From contig OZ296649.1 in NCBI GenBank assembly GCA_965655095.1, forward strand, positions 27,094,001-27,158,000: DNA of 64,000 bases, written 5' to 3'. The position numbers were made by a program, and so were the translations under genes. This DNA comes from Haplodiscus bocki (lineage: Eukaryota). The notes beneath the pieces were generated by a model that had not been told where the DNA came from, searched no databases, and was given only the letters and a program-made list of their open reading frames with translations. Shown here piece after piece: positions 37,550 through 48,457 of the stretch; position 1 is the stretch's first letter, and every line of letters begins with the position of its first letter.

Positions 37550-38570
37550 GAGGCAAGCAGACTGAGGTAGAAGGATTGCTCGAAGAGAACTTACAAATTG
37601 AAGAAGTCTGGACATCAAATGAATTGACTCCATTTTTCGTAACCGGTCTGCCGAATCTTGCCTCAACGCTGAGCCACGTTGAATGTCAGACATGTGGGAA
37701 ATATGCTTATGCTGTGAAACACGGCTACTACGAGATCCTGAGACACTATCATGGGGCAAGACCTAGAGCAGCGTTTGCCGTTGAAGACACTTGGGTGCCA
37801 AGTGCTCTTATTCCGATACAAGTACCTTCCGGACAACCTCGAGAGTCAACGGGAGATTTTACGGGCGCCCTCCTTAGAAACGGTCAAATCGCTGTTGGTG
37901 CTAGAGTTGTTGACCCGATTCTGCCTGTCTTTGCTTAGTTGTTTTTTTTTTCAGTGGAAGTGCTTCATGGGGGGATTGGTTTTGGGGCTATGAACTCATC
38001 GAGCAGTCTTGTTTCAATGCATTTTGCTGGAAATGATATTTCCCCAGATGTTGATTTGTGTTCTGTGATGTTTTCAAACTCATGGCTGCGTTTCTGTCGA
38101 ATTTGACAAATTGTTTGAGGGTACATCAGTTTTGATCCATACCGGGATACGTTCCGGAGAGTCTGGTACTTTGTTTACGCTAAAAAGTTTTTTCTCTGAT
38201 TCTGGCGTAGGCAGGTTAATGGAGGTTTTGGCGATTTCTGAGAGCGTTGATGGCGAGCAGTCTCCCTGATCTCCGGCTCGCTGCACAAAATGTTGTCCGA
38301 TTGTGGTGGACGTGCAAACCTCTTTGGAGAATATGATCGCGCGGTTGAAGACTTGTAAGGATTCGAGTGAGCTGTGGTTTGGGGTGACAGCTGTAGAGTC
38401 CTCCATTGTAAACGAGAGTGCTGCGGGGACTGGAGTAAGAGTTCCGAATGTTGTTGAGGAGAGACATGTAGAGTACGTCTCTGATACTGTACATCACCCT
38501 GGCCTGGCTTGTGTCAGAGGGAGCTCTACTGTTGTCGGTGAGTTGGAAGCAAACCATCGTTGACTCGCTC
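37550..38570 (+). pseudogene. ORF relic with a BED/hAT-type zinc finger, antisense to the adjacent Gypsy pol
   Basis: FFVTG...SHVECQTCGKYAYAVKHGYYEILRHYHG (C-x2-C...HG..EI.RH), continued by frameshifted ORFs to ~38563. Confidence 0.5.
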
Positions 38571-38899
38571 GCCAATTGCTAGATGTTCACAGATCGCGTA
38601 TAGTCAGTCCCGCACCACTGCTCGGAAGCGGCCTTACTACAACCCTTGACTTAAAGGTGCCCTCAATCATCAGTTATCATATGCGTCTTTTGGGCGAAAT
38701 AGATTTTTAATCGTCAAGACTTTGTTTGAATGAATTGCGTCATTTTGACGCAATTCACTCATTCTGAAGTTCGCTCCATGTATATACTCGGTTTCGTATT
38801 CGTATTTCGCAGTTTGTTTTAGTTTAGTCAGCGCAATCGATTTTTGATGTAGTGACAGAGAGCAGGCAGTAATTTGACAGAGATCATCTTCATATTAGT

Positions 38900-41800
38900 G
38901 GGAATAATGCGTCGATTATTCGTACAAGGCGCGTAATGGAAAGGCAAAATTGTTACGTAGAACCTTTTTGGACAAACTAGAAAAATAGTGAGTATTGGAA
39001 TTTCAATATCTGTAGTCGGCATTGCAATTAAGCTCGGTTATGAGGTTTTAAACCTTGTTTTAGACTTCAGGGTTTGTTATATTTAGGGTTAGGTTGCTCC
39101 GAATTCGTTTCTGTTCTAGGGCTACTATCATGATTCTTTCACGTTCCGTCGCCTTTGCTTGGGGATAGTTGTCGGTAATTCTCTGGTGTTATCAGTGTCA
39201 TCGGTCGAGATCGATCCGTTGTTCCAAATGGAGTGGTAGGGTTAGGTTCATTTTGATCTTCGTCACAAATAGGCTTGTCATAATCAGACACCAAAGTTTG
39301 ACGTGTAAGTCGTATTCTTTCATGATGACTTCAGGGTCGTGTTGCCAATCTTTTGACGTGGTTTTTACACCCGGTATTGGATCTTTGGGCGTGAATGGAT
39401 GTAGTCTCGTGCGATGGAGAACTTGGGTTTTGTTAGTTTTCACTTTGTGTATCAAATATTTGTTGTTTGGTAAAGCGTTTTTGACATTGTAAGGACCAGC
39501 TCGTTGAAATTATCCTTGATGACGCCTGAATTCCTTGATATGGTTGCGCCTGTAAGACGTAGGCATAATCTTGTTCTCTCACCATTGGTTTTCCTGTCGT
39601 GCGATCTATATCTGAAGGACGCTCTACATCTAATGGCACTTTCGCGAACACCTTTGTGCATCGTTTTTGTCTGTTCAGGGACGTATTGAACAACGTATGT
39701 TGGGTGTGGGTTGTGTTTGTGTACGAGTAACGGGTTTCAAATCTAGCACAATGTAGAAAACGCGTCCGTGGGTCCTTCGGCTATGATCGCACTGTATGTT
39801 CTTGCGCTACGACTTGTAGTTAAGGATGGCAATGTTTGCATACTTGTGCCACATCTCCTTTAACCGGTTCCAGTTATCAATGCCTCTTTAATTGAGGTAA
39901 ATGTTTTCTCGAGCTTTTCAGTCGCTTGGGCATGTTTTGTCGTGGCGTGTTCTAGACTAACTTCTGGTATCTCTGCGACATCTTATCATCTTGAGGCTAA
40001 GGCTTGTGCTTTGTCGGGGGTGAATGTGGTCAGCAAATAAGATGGTTTGGTCTTAGTGCCTAATATGACTCTTGCCGTTGTTCTAGCATGTCGGCTTGTA
40101 GTTGGGTAGGCGAATAGGTACCTGGAGAATACTTCCATCGCTGTTACGTGTTTTCATAACCGCCGCCATGGAGGTTGGTATGGCGTCTTCGCTGAGGTTT
40201 TGCAGAGGTCTGTGAGTGGATATTGTGTCAAGTCAGGGTTCTTGACGCATTGCTCGCATGAAGTTACGGCTCGTCTGATTAGTTGTGCCTTTTGCTCTTA
40301 GTAGTATTTCTCTCTGTTGACAAGCTTTATCTTGCTGATTCCAGGTTGTATCCTATATTCCCGGTGTATATGCCCCAGCATTTTTCTTCTGTCCCGAAAA
40401 AAATTTTGGGAAGGAAAGGAACAACCGAACATACGTTGTTCAATACGTCCCTGAACAGACGATGCACAAAGGTTTTCGCGAAAGTGCCATTAGATGTAGA
40501 GCGTCGTTCAGATATAGATCGCACGACAGGAAAAGAAATGGTGAGAGAACAAGATTCAGTGAGCGGAGTTTTTACTGAAACTTCCCATCGCGCTGAAAGT
40601 TGTTGGTGTCTTGTATCATACATATGTCAGGTGTCAAAGCGGTTAAAAGTCCGGAGCTGGCAGGTTCAAACCTCGCTGTCGGTCATAGTTTTTACATGTT
40701 ATCAGACACTCGTTAACATATTCCTTTTCTTAATAGCAAAAAAACAGGCTTTTTTGACAAAATTTCGAGTTTTTTGATAACTGGGCTTTTTTCTCAGAAA
40801 ATAAGCCGTTTGGCGACGTACCTAAACTAAAGTTTCTTCCGGATATTTTTCAAATAAATCGGGAGAAATTTTTCGATTTTCCTGAAAAACCGATAAAAAA
40901 TAGTTGAAATCATAGATCTGTTAAAATTTCTCAACATAAAGGTACATAAATGAACATTCATTCTGTTTTATGGGATTCGTTTTTTCACGATCTCAGTCTC
41001 TCCGGGATCCGAAAAAGACGTTTTTTTTCGAAAACAGATCTGCTAGAGCATATCACTCTGGAATTCTCAGATTGAGGAAACCAAAAAGCGCAATTAGTAT
41101 TGCAATTTGTAGAAGTTGCCAGTCACTTTTCTCTAAAAACTACACGGTTCAGTTCTTTAATCCGGGTCTCTGTCGAAATGCTTCCACTTGTTTACGCTTT
41201 GTTTCAGTATAGGAATTCGAGAGTTTTCGACTTGTGCAGTTTTTGCCTTAGTTTTGTCGGTGCACTAGGCTTTTTCTGAAGATGCGATCATTCGCCGTGT
41301 AATTCTTGTACCTTTTGTTTTCATTGATGGAGTGTGTCATAACTGTTTACTTCGATCTTTGAAAGGTCTTTGAGATTTTCTTGAAAGAGGTTATTGCCTC
41401 GTTTGCTTGTCATTCTGCTGCGTTTTTCGAGACTGTCTTTATTTTTATGACTTGTTCTGTTCCATCATTTTTGTCTTGTGAGATATCCTTCGGAGGACGT
41501 TGTAACTCCCATTGGCTTGACCTCTATGATTTCCTGTAACTTGAACCGGAATTTTTCCGTAACTTCTTGTTCAGTTCTGGAAAGAATGTTGGCTGCTCTG
41601 TTATCTGAACCTACTATGTGCTGTCCTTATTTTGATATGTAGCACGCAGTGCTATTCGGTCCACAATGATGATGGATTTGTTTTTGTCGGGAAGAAAAGT
41701 GTGGCTCAATTGTTGTGGACGGTTGTCGGTTTGTTTGCCTCTCATAAGATGTGTGGGAACCCGCAGCATGCCATTTATATATCGACACAATCTTGAATTT

Positions 41801-42060
41801 CTTGATTTTTTGAGTTGGATATGTGAGAACACTTTTTAACCAAATGCAGTTGAAGCATAGGTCGTTTGTTTGGACTGGGTTTTCTGTTGTGTTTTCCTCA
41901 ATCATGAGGGCGTAACCGGCACTTCTGAATCTTGCCTCTGTCGTGAGTGCGATATGCTTTTTAGAGATTGGTTGTTTTGAGGAATATTCACAAGGATCCT
42001 TGAGTGCTTGGTCTACTGACTGAAATGATTCTTGCAATTCAGTTTTTTTACTAGTGTTCT
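38900..42060 (-). mobile_element. Decayed Gypsy pol (RNase H, integrase, C-terminal tail), interrupted at ~40430-41200
   Basis: RH: KQPISKKHIALTTEARFRSAGYALMIEE (cf. TDAS...GYAL). Post-integrase: TNKTQVLHRTRLHPFTP...DWQHDPEVIMKEYDL. Confidence 0.75.
39567..40556. repeat. Inverted duplication of ~130 bp (39567-39701 vs 40428-40556)
   Basis: The arms are reverse complements with one 6-nt indel and a few substitutions; also visible as near-identical peptides in ORFs 39433..39693(-) and 40283..40777(+). Confidence 0.92.
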
Positions 42061-42084
42061 TGGTTTCACAGTTTTTCAAACATT

Positions 42085-42340
42085 CTAGTATAGCGGTCGT
42101 CGCCGCTGTTAAGGAAGAATAACAGCGACGCGCCGCGCAGTTATGTCTGAGCTCAACGAGGCGCCAATAAGATAGAAGCGATTCTGTCAACAACACAAGG
42201 GACTTGTCCGAAACTCAAGTACCGTCAACTCGCCCTAAATAAAACAAACTCTACAAAACAAACAATTTTGTAATTTAATGAATATTTCAATCTCAATTTA
42301 TCTCACTTTTATTTCATGTTATCTACGGACTAGTCTAACA
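42085..42340 (+). mobile_element. Possible solo LTR
   Basis: GC-rich start with hairpin cgctgtta/taacagcg, an AATAAA, and end ...CTAACA; sits at the break of the Gypsy pol. Confidence 0.3.
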
Positions 42341-44768
42341 ATACTCCCCTAAAGGTATCCGTCTGTTTTGAATGTTATTCATTTGTCATACTCTCGTACT
42401 TTCAATTCTATGCAGTTTGAATTATACGCAGCTTCTTTTGTTATCTATTAGAAATTTAAAACCTTTGATATTCGTTCTCCTTCTGATGATCTTCGTTTTT
42501 TAAACATTTGCAAGAACCTGCCTTCCTTGTGTTTTAAACTTGTTGAAACGTTTGTTGCTTTCTTAATTGACTTTGCCCCTTTTTGCTTGCCTTCTCGACC
42601 AGTTTCACTCAATCATTCAACTTCTCAACAGCCCGACCGCTCAACAGTCCAATCACCCAGCTTAAAAACAGCAGTACAAAATTCAACTATGTACGTTTCT
42701 TTCTACCCTGTGTTAAAGTAACCTTCTTAATTTATTTCTTTGAAGTCTTTTAAATTTTCTGAACTGAGCAATCTAATGAAGAGAAAAGCACAATCAAGAG
42801 AGCCTTTCAAATCAACCGTCCGCGCATCCGAGGAAAAGAAAGAAAAGAATCCTTGTCATGGTTTGAACGGTAAAATCACGGTTGTTAAATTGGTGACAGG
42901 AGTGGGATTGCTCAAGTTTCTTCAAAAAAGTCAAACCATTCTTTTTAGCGTGAATTGGTTTCAACTTTTTCAAACTGCCTTATCCCCTTCTTCCCGGGAC
43001 TTTTCGCGCGCTAACGCTGTTTGTGCTCTCTGGTGAAAAATCACTGTAGACGGCAGATAGGGCCCATAGGCAAAGAAATTTCACTGTGAACGAGCAAATA
43101 AGCCATTTTTCGTTGAACCTTCTTCACAAAATGGTTGGTCTAGTTCTTTGAAATCCAAATGTAGACTTGAAAAATGATAATTTGTAGAATAATCACAAAC
43201 ATTCGTCTGTTATATAGCCTTTCCGGTCTATCAGCGGACTTTTGACCCCTTGGAAAAGTGATTTCTTCGCCTGTAATTTACCCCTTACCCTGCACAATTT
43301 TCCAAAACCACACTAACCAACTATCCCTTTACATTGTGAACCGTACCCCACCAAGCAATCTCCCTGCTCGGTACTCACAAACGTAACGGTTATGTCCCCG
43401 TTTAAACTCGAGTTACGTATGTTTTCCCTTGTTTTCGCGTACTGCATACTCGTATTAATTTTTTTGGTGGTTTTGGGCTAAATTCTCAGACTAACACATC
43501 TCGAAAAAGTTTCAGAGAGTTGTTCCACAGCGAGCCTCGCAAATTGAGGAGTGCCATCACGGAAAGACAACTTAGCGGTGTGATTGTTTTTAGAAATTTA
43601 GCTAAAGTAGCACTTGATTTTCACTTCTCATCTCGAACCAATCTCCGACGACCACCCGATGACTTCGGAAATCCTCGTTTTCTGACAAATTGAAGGCTTT
43701 GAGCTAACTCACCACTTCCACAAATCCCAGAGACTGCACGTAATTTCATGTCTACTCAGTTTTCTGGTTGATGGGAACATTCGCCCTAGTTGTGTCACTA
43801 TTACCAAAGGCACCAAATAGGTCATTGATTATCCCCTGTTATCATTGTCAGATAGCTTAATTTCGTTTCCCAGTAAAGCATCAAGTCCAATATAACCCAT
43901 TGCTTGCCCAAATAATTCAAAACTACTGTTACACCGAAAGCTTGAGGACTTCCACTACAACTATCATCCAAGTGAGATTCTTCGCAATTACACTCCTTCA
44001 GTTCCAAGTAGTACTTCTACAGCCGTACTTTCTGCCGCGTTTTTCACCAGGTTGGTTGAACTTTGGTTAGCAAACCTCGAATTATTTGGAACATTTCTCT
44101 CGTAGAATTCGGTACATCTGACGTTTCATTGACAACTCGTCTAAACTTCCTGTCCGAGCATCTGAAACTACATCAGACCCTTTGTGAGAGGTCGCAAAAC
44201 GCCTAATGCCACGTTATCAAAAGGACGACCGGTATTACGTCAGTTTTCTTTGGATCTCGCCAGGTAGCGGCATTCTGTACATAAACAAATTTGTTTGGAA
44301 CGGATACGGAGACCCTATTATAAACTTTCTAGGAACAATTCCCAAAACATCCCGCGAAGTGACATTTGTCTTGAAGTTTTTCCCACACGCCGAATTGGAC
44401 CAGTCTTCAGTGGCGTTTTAGTGAGTATCAGCATTCATATATCGACAACCCCGTCAACGAGCAAGTTTTTGGAAAATTGACTGAGGTTGAATCCGAAATG
44501 GAATAGCTGCAGCTGAGGAAAAAAGCTGCAGAGGCATCCAGTGAAGTATAGCATTAGGCTCAGGAATCACTGTGTGAGGAGTCTGTTTTTTCTGTACCTT
44601 CAACTGCAGGATGAGGATCTTTTTGGGAATGGGCCTAATCGAGTTCCTGGTCTCCTGGTATTAACCCGAGAAATCCCACCAGTATTCGCATAAAAATGTC
44701 GAAATGACTGAAACTGAAGACACACTGAGAGTGATTGGAGAACAACCTTGTCATGGAAACGGCTTCAA

Positions 44769-45250
44769 TCAAGCACATAGGTGAAGAACTGTCGGCTTCA
44801 GTTGTATGGTCAAGAGAACGACTGGGTAGCGAAGGAGAGCTGCTTTGATTATTGAGATTGACGGCAAATCGAGACGCAGAAATTGTTGAAAGTTTTTGAA
44901 TTTCATGAATTTTTCATTGACGGGCATCCAAAACGGTATCAAGTGACGGCGTTCAGATTTGATAATGAATTGTCGTTGTTTGCATTTTGTACATAACAAG
45001 TTGGAAGTTTTTGAATGAACGCAAGACTTCTGTTGTGCACGGGTATGCAGTGATAGTTGGATTAATAATTTAGGGATGTATTTGAAAAGAATTCGTACGA
45101 CTAGGGTTGTGCTTTGTGCGAAATATATCGTGATGAAATCTGGACCCTCCGTGCAAGATGCGATTCATCTGAAAAATTTCTGTGTCGGAAACTCTCACCT
45201 AATGTTGAAGTAAGATTTATCTTTTCTAGGGCCGAGATGAAATTTTCAAA
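44769..45250 (-). mobile_element. Mutator-like (MULE) transposase fragment
   Basis: ILFKYIPKLLIQLSLH (cf. DGTFK..PK.FYQL.T.H) and LDLPSISIIKAALLRYP...LHL (cf. DFE.A...A....FP...FH). Confidence 0.45.
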
Positions 45251-45628
45251 TATTGCCGTGGTAGCAATTTGTTTCCCATCTTAGCGGTCTATAATTTGAG
45301 CGCCTAATTTCACCCTGCTCATGCAGGTGATGGTTTGCTTGAGCATCGTCTTATTTTGCGGTCGATAGCATCTGAAATCTGTAAACGCTTTCACCTTCAA
45401 TAATTGATCGGTATTTTAAGCAGGTTCAATTTCTATCAAATTAAACTATATTTTCAGGAGTCAAAGATGAAATAGCACAACGCTCTGATTGTATCGGAAC
45501 AGTAAAAATTGAATAAATCCAAAAATTGCCATCCCAGTCAGAAGTGAAACATTTGATACGTAACTCGTTAATACGCTTGTAATAATTATGGCAAATTGCT
45601 ATATGAATTGAGAGTTTGTGTTGTGCAG

Positions 45629-45877
45629 GGTTGTCTCTGAACGAGGTTCGCAATGTGGATGAGTGTCAACTTCTGATGGCGAAGGGATGGAACAACAGAT
45701 CTGTGGGTGCCACTCTCATGAATGCCGACTCTTCCCGTTCTCATTCAATCTTCACTATAAACATTGAAATGATGGACAATGTCTCCGCTACTCCCAACCA
45801 AAGCAACAACGATCACATTTTGGCTGCGAAACTAAACTTGGTGGACTTGGCTGGCAGCGAAAGGCAATCAAAAACTG
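45629..45877 (+). CDS. KIF17: KIF17-like exon 3 (switch I/II)
   Basis: tgtgcag acceptor; GLSLNEV...NADSSRSHSIF...KLNLVDLAGSERQSKT; phase-1 donor. Confidence 0.95.
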
Positions 45878-46305
45878 GTTTGTAAGTTTTAATTAAATAC
45901 TGCCAACGCTGTTTGTCACGGTCGAAAGATAGACACGTTTTAAGGAGTTTGCACTGTGCGTTGACACTCCTATGAAAAAATGTTTTCATATTGATGTGCA
46001 TTAGTTAACGTTTGCAGAAATTGTTTCATGAATAAGCAAGACTCGAGCAGTTTTCTCTGATTTTCGAGTCGGCGCTTTTCGAATTATGCGTATATTGTCA
46101 TCGTTTGAATTATAAGGCTATCGAAATCAATGAAATTCTGAAGTTCGATGGAGACTTTAAGCTATTCTCAGCTTGTGGTTAACATCTTCTTTTTGTCATC
46201 ACTCGAGTAACCTTGCAATGTTTCACTGATTGTACCTCTGCAATGTTCATATAAGTATCTTTGCACTAATTGTTAAAATTTATTGATTGGCTGATGGCTT
46301 TCTAG

Positions 46306-46534
46306 GTGCATCTGGGGACCGGTTGAAGGAAGCGACAAAAATCAACTTGTCTTTGTCGGCGCTCGGAAATGTGATAAGTGCTTTGGTAGATGGCAAGTCA
46401 AAGCACATTCCCTACAGAGACTCCAAACTGACGAGACTGCTGCAAGACTCTTTGGGAGGAAACACGAAGACGTTGATGGTTGCTTGTTTATCTCCTGCCG
46501 GTGATAATTACGATGAGACTTTGAGCACGCTCAG
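46306..46534 (+). CDS. KIF17: KIF17-like exon 4
   Basis: ttctag acceptor; [27 protein letters not shown]...[20 protein letters not shown]...YDETLSTL; phase-2 donor gtgagg. Confidence 0.95.
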
Positions 46535-47725
46535 GTGAGGAGGGATTGAATTCTGTCTAATTTGCAGGTCTTAAATTGCATTGTATAATAAGCCACCTAG
46601 GCGCCACTTTTAAGGCAGTATCCTTTGTTTATGAGAAATTTCGGCTCCCGACAAAAAATAGTTGAAATCATTTTTTTTGTGGTAAATATGTTGTCACACA
46701 CTGCAAGTAATTTTGGGGACATTTTGATACGTTCTATACTGACTGAGAAAATCAGTGAATAACAGATTTGTTATATTGGTATATGTCTTCCAGAAATATG
46801 CTTTTTTGGTTTAAGTAAATGGAGGTATCGCAAAAAATTTTGAATTGAGATACCCAAGAGTTTTGCGATGACACTAAGTTGGGTGGATGGTGTTAACAGA
46901 GGTTCTGATTAGGAAAGCTTCTGAGTCCTCCAGTCCTCGATGTCAAAGGTGCCGTCGAAATAGAAAAAATGTTCAAAGTCCGAGGAGCCACGTCTCAAGC
47001 CGGAATATCCGACCTTTCCTAAGTAACGCCTGGGAACAGGATTCGACTGACTAAATACTAGTCAAGCATTTGTACCTGGAACTTGCCCCCTCCCCCTCAT
47101 TAACGGTTCTTGTTCATGTTAGTCGCATGTAGGGCTTGAAGTTTTGGTTGAAATCTATACTATATAAATTGGAGCTAGTGAACCGTGTCTCGGCTTCTCA
47201 GAAGTATCAGAATTTTTCTGACGTCTTTGCCAAAAGACCGGAACCAGCAAGTGAAAAAAAACGAGCCAATCAAAAGCGAGTGAATAGAACTCAGTGATAG
47301 TGTTTCGGTTATGACGTCATGATGATCATGCCGAGTGAAGAAAGTGCGAAAGTTCATCAAACTGTCCGCTAGTTTCACTCACCTGCTTCATTCATTCAGC
47401 GTGATAATTAATAGTGACTTCGGAGCCGAAAAAAACGTGAACGGATCTTGATGAAGATGTTGTCACAGATTGAAAATTTAATCTGCCGAACTGTCAGAAG
47501 GGTTTGCTGGTTAACAGAAATTGCGTCTGAACAGTTCGTCGAGTACACAGTGAGAAACCATTTCATGAAAAAAATTCACCGACGATGGATTGTGTTATTT
47601 TGATTCAGCATGCTTGTTGGTGTTAAGTACTCCCGTTTTGATTGAAAGAGATGCGTTTCTATGGGATGTTTATGTCATGCTTTAATTTAGTTAATTGATG
47701 TTATTGTTGAAATCTTCGTTCGCAG

Positions 47726-47880
47726 GTACGCCAACCGAGCTAAAAATATAAAGAACAAGCCGAAGATTAACGAAGATCCAAAGGACGCTTTGCTGCGACA
47801 GTACCAAGAAGAGATAACGCAGTTGAAAGCGCTTCTGCACGGCAAACCTATCTCTACGGCGGCTGTTGCGTCACCTAAGA
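47726..47880 (+). CDS. KIF17: KIF17-like exon 5 (neck linker/neck coil)
   Basis: cgcag acceptor; [38 protein letters not shown]; donor gtaagt. Not in the ORF track because it has no start codon. Confidence 0.93.
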
Positions 47881-48003
47881 GTAAGTGATTATACAATTAC
47901 GTCTTTTTTATTCTTACCTTTTAATACATCGTTTTTCGTACGATGCTTGATGGACAAAGGCATGTATGACATGTCAACATTTTGATTTCTATTCTATATT
48001 TAG

Positions 48004-48080
48004 AAAACAGTGTGCCATTGGCTTCAACAGCAAGAGACGAAGGGGGAAATTTGGAGATGGAAAAGGAGAAGATCAAAAAT
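48004..48080 (+). CDS. KIF17: KIF17-like exon 6
   Basis: tttag acceptor and gtaaga donor; KNSVPLASTARDEGGNLEMEKEKIKN; the phases (1 in, 0 out) join exons 5 and 7 exactly. Confidence 0.8.
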
Positions 48081-48280
48081 GTAAGAATGTTATATCTTTT
48101 CTATATGCTTCTATTAATGTAGTCAATGAGTTGCTATTTATATCCGTCTGTCTAACTTGTTAATACTTATCATGTCACTGAAAGAAAAAATAAGAAGGCT
48201 AGTCATCAGCTCTAGTTCCGTTATATTAGTTAGTTTGTCTAATTTTCCTTCAGAATTCTAAGTCTGGGCTCTATTTTCAG

Positions 48281-48457
48281 CAATATGAATCCCAGTTGCG
48301 CCAAATGGAACAGCAGATCGCGGATTTGAGCCAGGCTAAAAATATGGTGGAGCACGAACTGTCCGCTCTAAAAACGGCTGCAATTGCTACTAAAAAGAAA
48401 CAACCAGCATCATTAGACAAGAAACAACGGGACATGACCGAAGCTACGCCAGAGGAG
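48281..48457 (+). CDS. KIF17: KIF17-like exon 7 (coiled-coil stalk)
   Basis: ttttcag acceptor; QYESQLRQMEQQIADLSQAKNMVEHELSALK...; phase-0 donor gtacgg. Confidence 0.85.
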
